DNA of 62,166 nt, the filler included, from Stramenopiles sp. TOSAG23-3 (lineage: Eukaryota): NCBI GenBank assembly GCA_900128585.1. It is 6 parts of 6 records of this genome, joined end to end, with 100 filler letters (N's around TTAATTAATTAA, not from the genome) between each part and the next. Parts side by side here need not be neighbours in the genome. Positions count along the whole stretch, not along the records: positions 55,722 to 57,803 come from LT645102.1; positions 57,904 to 59,985 come from LT645103.1; positions 60,086 to 62,166 come from LT645104.1; 3 more parts are not named here. One strand, given 5' to 3'. Position numbers and translations under genes: made by a program. Below are positions 56,011 through 62,166 of this stretch, piece after piece. The notes beneath the pieces were generated by a model, which saw only the letters and a program-made list of their open reading frames with translations, was not told where the DNA came from and made no database searches. Within the stretch, counting starts at the first letter, position 1. Each line of letters begins with the position of its first letter.

Positions 56011-57129
56011 ATGCCGCGCAACTTCAACTTGGGGGCCGTTGTTTGCCTTCAGGTCCTCGGCCTTGTGGTGTCCTCCGCTGCGGTTGGCACGAAAGCCTTT
56101 TACGTTATATTTTCAAACCAAATAGGCAAAGAGAATAACCCTTATTGGCCAGAAAAGATATGTCAGAACAACGGGAAGGGGCCGCAAGGCGGCGAGTGCG
56201 TGGACGGGAGGCAGTACGAAAACGGCGTCTTCGTCGCGTCGCCCCAGAATATGACAAAAGAACTTATCGCCCAAATCAAACAAGACGTGCCAGGGTCGAA
56301 AGTCGTGGGGTATTTCGACTTTGGAGACATCCCGCTCGCGCACGATGATACCGAGTGCCCTTTCTGCAAAGGACACATCATGGGAGATCGCCTGGGCAGG
56401 AACTGCAGCACCACGTACTCCTGCGGCCCGTCCCCGTTTTTGTCTGCCCTGCAGAAGGCTTTCCCTCGAAGGCTAGCCGTGCACGACATAACCGACGGTC
56501 TTCCGGGGATAATGCTAGAGTCTTACCCTGGCCTGGCGAAGTACGTGTGGGGACAGGAGAGCGCGACGGCGATGGCGGAATTCTTAGGCCAGTGGGCACT
56601 GGACCATGGGTTCGATGGAATGTACCTCGACGGTTATATTCAGCCGAACAGGATCGATTTCGACCAGTGCAAAACGAAGGAGGAAGGGTGCCTCTCGTTT
56701 ATGAAGCCGAACCGTACGTACGACATCAATGGCGACGGCAAGGCGGACTCTTCCGTGGAAATTTACAGCAGTTACTTTGGTTGGGGTCCCGCGTTTGCGG
56801 CCATGCTGCGGGCAAAACTAGGGCCGGGAAAGATAATGCTGGCAAACAGTGGAGGCAGCATTTCCGACCCGTCTTTAAGTGGCGTCACGGTGGAGATGGA
56901 GGCATGCCGCGGCGCCGGGGGGGCAGAAATCTGTGCCAGTGCATTAAACAGTCAAAAGTCCGTGACCGACGCCGTTGGGGCGGTCGAACCTCTTTCGGTG
57001 CTGTGGCTGACCCACTCAGAGATCATTCCGGTGGCCGAGCAATGCAAGCTACTGGCCGAACTGCAAGCCGAGTACCCCTGGGTCCAGGCGGGCACAGACT
57101 TCTTTGATGGAAGCCATGTGACTTGCTGA
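56011..57129 (+). CDS. Secreted putative glycoside hydrolase-like (TIM-barrel) protein
   Basis: Signal peptide; KVVGYFD, GFDGMYLDG, MLANSGG, GVTVE; DINGDGKAD Ca-loop. Confidence 0.6.
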   Translation: MPRNFNLGAVVCLQVLGLVVSSAAVGTKAFYVIFSNQIGKENNPYWPEKICQNNGKGPQGGECVDGRQYENGVFVASPQNMTKELIAQIKQDVPGSKVVGYFDFGDIPLAHDDTECPFCKGHIMGDRLGRNCSTTYSCGPSPFLSALQKAFPRRLAVHDITDGLPGIMLESYPGLAKYVWGQESATAMAEFLGQWALDHGFDGMYLDGYIQPNRIDFDQCKTKEEGCLSFMKPNRTYDINGDGKADSSVEIYSSYFGWGPAFAAMLRAKLGPGKIMLANSGGSISDPSLSGVTVEMEACRGAGGAEICASALNSQKSVTDAVGAVEPLSVLWLTHSEIIPVAEQCKLLAELQAEYPWVQAGTDFFDGSHVTC

Positions 57130-57390
57130 AGAAAACAATTTATCGGTGCGAAGTTAAGTCTCACAATATATTATTTAATCGAAAAGAAACCACGTTAAGA
57201 ACGCATCGCGTGGAAAGTGATTCATTGAGTATTACTGGTGCTCTAGAGAGATAATACCAAAGACAAATAATGCAGCATTTTACTTCGTAATTTGATAAAC
57301 TTTAAAACTTTTATTGTTGTCACAATTTCTTTTTAAAAATTCGTAACTCTATTAAATGCATTTCGGTTTTTTTCTTGTTAATTCGTTTCT

Positions 57391-57696
57391 TATCTAGGAG
57401 TGAGACACCGGATGAGGAAGTTGATTACGGGTCAGTGGAAAGCATTGATAATCCACCTACCGATTCAGATCATGCATGGAGTACATCTGAGAAAAATAGT
57501 CAACTCTAAGTGACAAGGGTATGATGATTAGTGAATTCACAATGGTACAGATCATTCGTTTCTTACGAATTTATTACTTAAATAGGGTATGAGGAAGCTA
57601 AATTTAATTACTTAAATAACAGCCAATTTTCTTGTTTTTTACTTATGATAAATAAAATATTTAATTACTTAAATAACAGCCAATTTTCTTGTTTTA
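57391..57696 (+). mobile_element. Coding-remnant copy B followed by two T-tailed core copies
   Basis: SETPDEEVDYGS..TDSDHAWSTSEKNSQL* (stop 57509); cores at ~57606-57640 and ~57663-57695. Confidence 0.7.
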
Positions 57697-58572
57697 ATAT
57701 AATCTAAGATTTTTACGAGCTCACACGATTGTAAAGATTTACTGCGCGCACGTAATAAAATGTTTAATGCGGTTTTTGAGGCACCCTTCTTTCAGAACAC
57801 TATNNNNNNNNNNNNNNNNNNNNNNNNNNNNNNNNNNNNNNNNNNNNTTAATTAATTAANNNNNNNNNNNNNNNNNNNNNNNNNNNNNNNNNNNNNNNNN
57901 NNNAGAAAGGAGGACGCCTAATTGCATAAGTTTAGATCAGTAAATCGTCCCGACAACTATGTTTGGCTCCAAACGAACGTTTATAAATTGTTTGCCCTCA
58001 AATGACTTGGAATGTCGGTTCCTAGGGACAATTTGTTTGCAAATGGGCGATGTTGACCAAACGCCACGCGAACAAACACTTATTCATTTGTTGGCGCTAT
58101 GAAAACGAACCGTACTGTCATAATTTTATATATTAGAAAGCACTTTTTGCGGTTTAAAATTGTAAAAATTATTTTTTATTCATAAAGATCTCTACGTTTG
58201 AAATAGTTAACTAACCCTTTCCCCACTTTTTTCAACTTTGCGCCGCATTGACTGTTCGTCGCGAGGAAGGATGGTTCCTGGGGACAATATTTGTTCTCTA
58301 TGCTGTGTCTATATATTTTAGTAAATGAAGAGAAATATTATATCGAAGTGTGCCAAACGAGCCCTCGTTTGGCCCCCTCCTGCAAAATATTTTCTTCAAC
58401 GTCGTTAATTTGTGGGCAAGAAAACAGTTAGCATATAAATATTATGGAAATAAAATTTTGTTCGTTATAACTTTTTTTCAATGCTATTACGTGTACAAAA
58501 GAAGAGGGAAAGCAAACACTTTACTGGATGTAATAAATTACCTTAATAATAAAAAATCACGAATTTAAAAAG

Positions 58573-59121
58573 ATGCGTCCAGCTATGGTCTCGAAAGCAG
58601 GCCCCCTTGGTTTTCGCCGAAGAAGCACTTTTCCAAGCAGTTGGCGAAAACAATTACGCCGCTGCTTGGACACCAACACAAGGAACGGTTCATCTATGAG
58701 CGAGACACCGGATGAGGAAGTTAATTATGGGTCTCCTGTCATCGACGCAATTCCGTACACCGGTTCGGATCATGCATGGAGTACATCTGAGAATGATAGT
58801 CAACACTAGGTGACAAGGGCATACTGTTTAGTAAAACCACAAGAGCAGAGATAAGTTCGCAGCACATGAAGAAATGTAAAACCTTGAATTGTCTAAAATT
58901 TAGAGTTCAGTTCGCAGTACATTAATTTTAATTGTACTTATAAAATAACAGAGCCAATTTTCTTGCTTTAAAATAACAGCCAATTTTCTTGTTTTAAATA
59001 ACAGCCAAAATTTTTGGTTTTAAGTTTAATTTTGTCTAAATCTAGATTTCAGTTCGCAGTGTACATTAATTTTAATTACACTTAAAATAACAGCCAATTT
59101 TTCTTGTTTTTAAGTTTAATT
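58573..59121 (+). mobile_element. Coding-remnant copy C (78-aa ORF) followed by a tandem array of head+core units
   Basis: ORF 58573-58809; four cores and two GTCTAAA heads in 58890-59111; AAGTTTAATT duplication at 59022 and 59112. Confidence 0.7.
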
Positions 59122-59180
59122 GTTCACTTTTTTCGAAAAGAGACAAAGGAGAATCTTCTGTATGCAATCCCACTCAGCTT

Positions 59181-59985
59181 TTAAGCGCGAAGGTGAGGTT
59201 CTCGACAAATGGTAAACAGCGCGATTAACGGGCAAGCTTTAGGAGGAAGATTTTCGGTTGGGATTTTTCGTATAACAAGCCCACAGTCGATTAACTCTTT
59301 GAACACCAGGCAATAACTCTCCTTTGACCTGTGCTCATGCGCTAAATAAATCGTAGCCGATGAATTTGCCAAGGTGACAATCCACTGAACAAACGGTTTG
59401 TACAAGTCCGGTACCCAGACGCAATCAATTGCAACGACGCAGTTATATTGTCTGTCTCGCAGCCATGCATGGTTCTTCGTCGCGGGGGAGTCAAACCAGT
59501 CCAAGCTGAAACATTTCACAGACGAGAGGCTGTTGTCAATGTGTTCTGCATTCAAAGCTAAGTTTACAGCAGTCGCTCGGATGAACAAGTCTGTGAATGT
59601 GTAGCTGATGGGCTTCAAAGCGCCAACAATTGCAATGCCGACATGCCCGACACCGGCTCCTAATTCGAGTATGCGGGCTGAAGACAGCAGGTCTCTCCAC
59701 TTATGCCCTTCATGGCTTTCCAAGTAGCGAAGGAAGACATCTCCCGAAGACCATGCTGAACTGCAGATAGCGTCCCGGGCTTCATATATAGACGTGCTTT
59801 TTGAAAAGTACTTGGTCACCCTCACCGTGCCGGGTCGGGTTGGTAGAACCCTCGGCAAAGGCGGAGGAGGGGGCGGGCCTTGGTTTGCGGTGCCGCAGCC
59901 CCGACGTTTGGTTGGCTGCATACGCACGTAATTTATTGGTTGTTGGCTGCTTTGGCAATGGCGTCCAAAGCTTCTACTTGTGGGC
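59181..59985 (-). CDS. Class I SAM-dependent lysine methyltransferase (METTL21/Methyltransf_16 family), possibly 5'-partial
   Basis: AWSSG..FLRYL, ILELGAGVG, LDW, AIDCVW, AHEHRS; ATG at 59921 but frame open to the gap. Confidence 0.85.
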
Positions 59986-60147
59986 NNNNNNNNNNNNNNN
60001 NNNNNNNNNNNNNNNNNNNNNNNNNNNNNTTAATTAATTAANNNNNNNNNNNNNNNNNNNNNNNNNNNNNNNNNNNNNNNNNNNNCGGAGTTGGAGGGTT
60101 TGGAAACTGTAAGCAAGCATACCACAACGCATTTTCTTGCAGCCAAC

Positions 60148-60942
60148 ATGAATCTCTCCTTGCGCGCGGGAAACGGGCTTCGGGTTAGTGTCCGGTTGAA
60201 AAAAGCGATTGTAGGGAGTGGTAGAGAGTACTCGATACTCTCTCATAATGAGCAGTCTGGGCGTTTGATCCTAGACAACGAAGACGTGTTTTTAGTGATG
60301 CGGCCTGTGGGCGCTTTTGAAATGAATGAGTATTTTGTAGCGTGTAAGAAAACTGGGGAAGCGGCCCTCATCGACTCTGGCGAGTCGTCCTCAAATTATT
60401 TCTCGGCCCTAGCTGCGCAGCACTCGTATTCGATTAAGCACTTGATACAAACCCATGCGCACATTGACCACGTGACTGGACTTGTAGCAACAAAAGAAGA
60501 GTACCCAGATGCCCCTGTATATCTTCACCCGAGCGAACTTCCTGTGTACGAACAGATCGAACAGCAAGTCAGAATGTTTGGTGTCCCTTGTGATGCCCCT
60601 CTACCGCCGGTGGATGTTTTTGTGGAAGAGGGAACAGGAATAAATGTTGGAGGCATTGATCTAGACATTATGCTTACGCCTGGCCATAGCCCTGGCAGCA
60701 TTGTGCTTTTTCACAACCATGCCGAAAATCCATTTGCGTTTGTTGGAGATTTGATTTTTGAAGGCAGCGTTGGTCGAACCGATTTGCCCGGGTGTAACCA
60801 TGCAGATATGCAAGAGAGCGTGAAGAGAGTTTGCGATTGGCTTCCAGAGAACTCTATTCTTCTACCAGGCCACATGGGAGTGACAACGATGGGAAAGGAA
60901 AAGAAGTCGAACATGTACGTAAGGGATTGGGCGAACGTTTGA
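60148..60942 (+). CDS. Metallo-beta-lactamase fold hydrolase, glyoxalase II / YcbL(GloC)-like
   Basis: THAHIDH, TPGHSPG, GDLIFEGSVGRTDLPG, LPGH; basic N-terminal extension. Confidence 0.9.
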   Translation: MNLSLRAGNGLRVSVRLKKAIVGSGREYSILSHNEQSGRLILDNEDVFLVMRPVGAFEMNEYFVACKKTGEAALIDSGESSSNYFSALAAQHSYSIKHLIQTHAHIDHVTGLVATKEEYPDAPVYLHPSELPVYEQIEQQVRMFGVPCDAPLPPVDVFVEEGTGINVGGIDLDIMLTPGHSPGSIVLFHNHAENPFAFVGDLIFEGSVGRTDLPGCNHADMQESVKRVCDWLPENSILLPGHMGVTTMGKEKKSNMYVRDWANV

Positions 60943-61289
60943 TGCATTAAATACATAGTACGAGTTCTAAAACGTTCAATCTTTGCTAGCGGCTAGATAA
61001 TTGCTTTTTAAGTTTGGGTACAAATTATTTTGTCGCGGGTTTTAGTAAATTTAAGTTAAATTTATTTGATGTGGATTCGTATCGTAATCGATTGTGTAAA
61101 AAATATGTCGCAGAAATAAAATTGAAAAAAACAAAATGTTTTAGTATTTAAATCAGTATGCTTTAAGACTCTCACCATGAAATTAAAATTGAGATATTTT
61201 ATCTCTCTTCTTTTTATATTTTTATTAAGTACAAATACCGTCCCCTGTTGCAGGCGCATTTGTTCTGCGCGAACGGAGCGTTCTTTCCC

Positions 61290-62166
61290 TCAATCACTTT
61301 CTGCGATCGCGTTGCCTTGGTTCATGCCACAAACCAAGCCCGTCGTTTCGTCTCGAATTGTGTACCCTTGGGCCATTTGAATAAAGCCTTTGTTCCACCC
61401 CGGCATTTGTTTGAAATCGTCCACAACCCGGTCTGTTCCAAAATATGGGTGCTCGACGACTTTGTTCTCTTTCAAGTGGTGCCCTAACGTCACACAGTCT
61501 ATCCCGTTGATGTTCAATGAATGACCCTGGTCCAATATGGCGTTGTAGATGAATGGGGTTTTGTGAAGCTTCAACTCTCCCAAGTCGTTCGGGAACTGCC
61601 ACTCTCCGCTCAGATGGACGGGGTGCCATGCGGTCAATTTCACGCCTGTCTTAAGTTCTACCATTTCGCAGTGCCCATCGGCCATGGTAGTGCGAATAAT
61701 GCAGACTACCTTGGCGTCCAAACCGTTGCGACAAGATACCTCATCTCCCTTTTCAAGCTCCTTCACGGGCTTAAACGTCCCATTTGCGAGCAAAACCTTT
61801 CCTTCTCCATCGAAACACCCAGCGTAGCGGTTGTTCAAACTGCTCATCGACGCCATGGACCGGCAGTTTCTGATGCTGTTTGGGTTTCTGCTGGGCTTTG
61901 GGGGCGGTAATTTGTTAAACAAATCGTCTGCCTTGTCTCGAAGCGACTGAAACAATTTTCCACCGTAGAACTGAACCCCGGGATCCTTGAAATTCAAGCA
62001 TTGTTGCAACATATGAGCGCGTGTCAACGAGAGCAAAAAGTGCATGCCCCACTTTCGGTAGAACTTAGGCTGCAACCCCATGAGCATTTGGCCGTTAAAA
62101 TCTTCCAGCAGTGCAGCTCCGTACTTGTCCGCCGATGCAGCTGCGGTCGATTCCAAAAACTTTCCA
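61290..62166 (-). CDS. Vint (VWA-Vwaint-Hint) protein, C-terminal part
   Basis: Vwaint WGMHFLLSL.RAH..QQC.NFKDPGVQ.YGG..F..LPPPKPS; Hint GCFDG..V.LA.G, LTAWHPV, YNAIL, CVTLGH, HPYFGT. Confidence 0.9.
   Translation of the reverse strand, partial: GKFLESTAAASADKYGAALLEDFNGQMLMGLQPKFYRKWGMHFLLSLTRAHMLQQCLNFKDPGVQFYGGKLFQSLRDKADDLFNKLPPPKPSRNPNSIRNCRSMASMSSLNNRYAGCFDGEGKVLLANGTFKPVKELEKGDEVSCRNGLDAKVVCIIRTTMADGHCEMVELKTGVKLTAWHPVHLSGEWQFPNDLGELKLHKTPFIYNAILDQGHSLNINGIDCVTLGHHLKENKVVEHPYFGTDRVVDDFKQMPGWNKGFIQMAQGYTIRDETTGLVCGMNQGNAIAESD

Noticed and set aside
57410-57491. Coding remnant as a C/D-box snoRNA or hammerhead (GGATGA...CTGA about 75 nt apart)
   Set aside because: Boxes not conserved in copy A (GGACGA, CAGA); no CTGANGA/GAAA core; codon-position bias points to coding origin

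Overview
Eukaryotic, gene-dense, intron-poor DNA, probably from a flagellated stramenopile-like protist (inferred from meckelin, H3 with STDLL, and a Vint protein). The window is not one locus. Five 100-nt spacers (N44-TTAATTAATTAA-N44) join six pieces: 1-26694, 26795-53439, three pieces of exactly 2082 bp, and 60086-end. About 28 genes are visible, including LSM2, histone H3, TMEM67, ERCC8, a GEX1/Brambleberry protein, a selenocysteine lyase-like enzyme, PITP, an ABCB half-transporter, RBR and RING ligases, PH-PP2C, a C2/EF-hand protein, an FG-GAP protein and a Vint. Genes almost always alternate strand, with long AT-rich/microsatellite head-to-head spacers and mostly short tail-to-tail spacers. 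The most novel signal is a very short dispersed element with a constant 34-bp T-tailed 3' core (AATTACTTAAATAACAGCCAATTTTCTTGTTTTT). It has interchangeable 5' heads and 8-11 bp target-site duplications at T/A(A) sites, lies downstream of genes, and re-inserts next to itself. It co-occurs with a three-copy cryptic coding remnant. Other signals are an oriented TACGAGG upstream motif, a second 22-bp 3'-region motif, a 31-nt intron, H3 K122R with a histone stem-loop, and an internally inverted WW segment.
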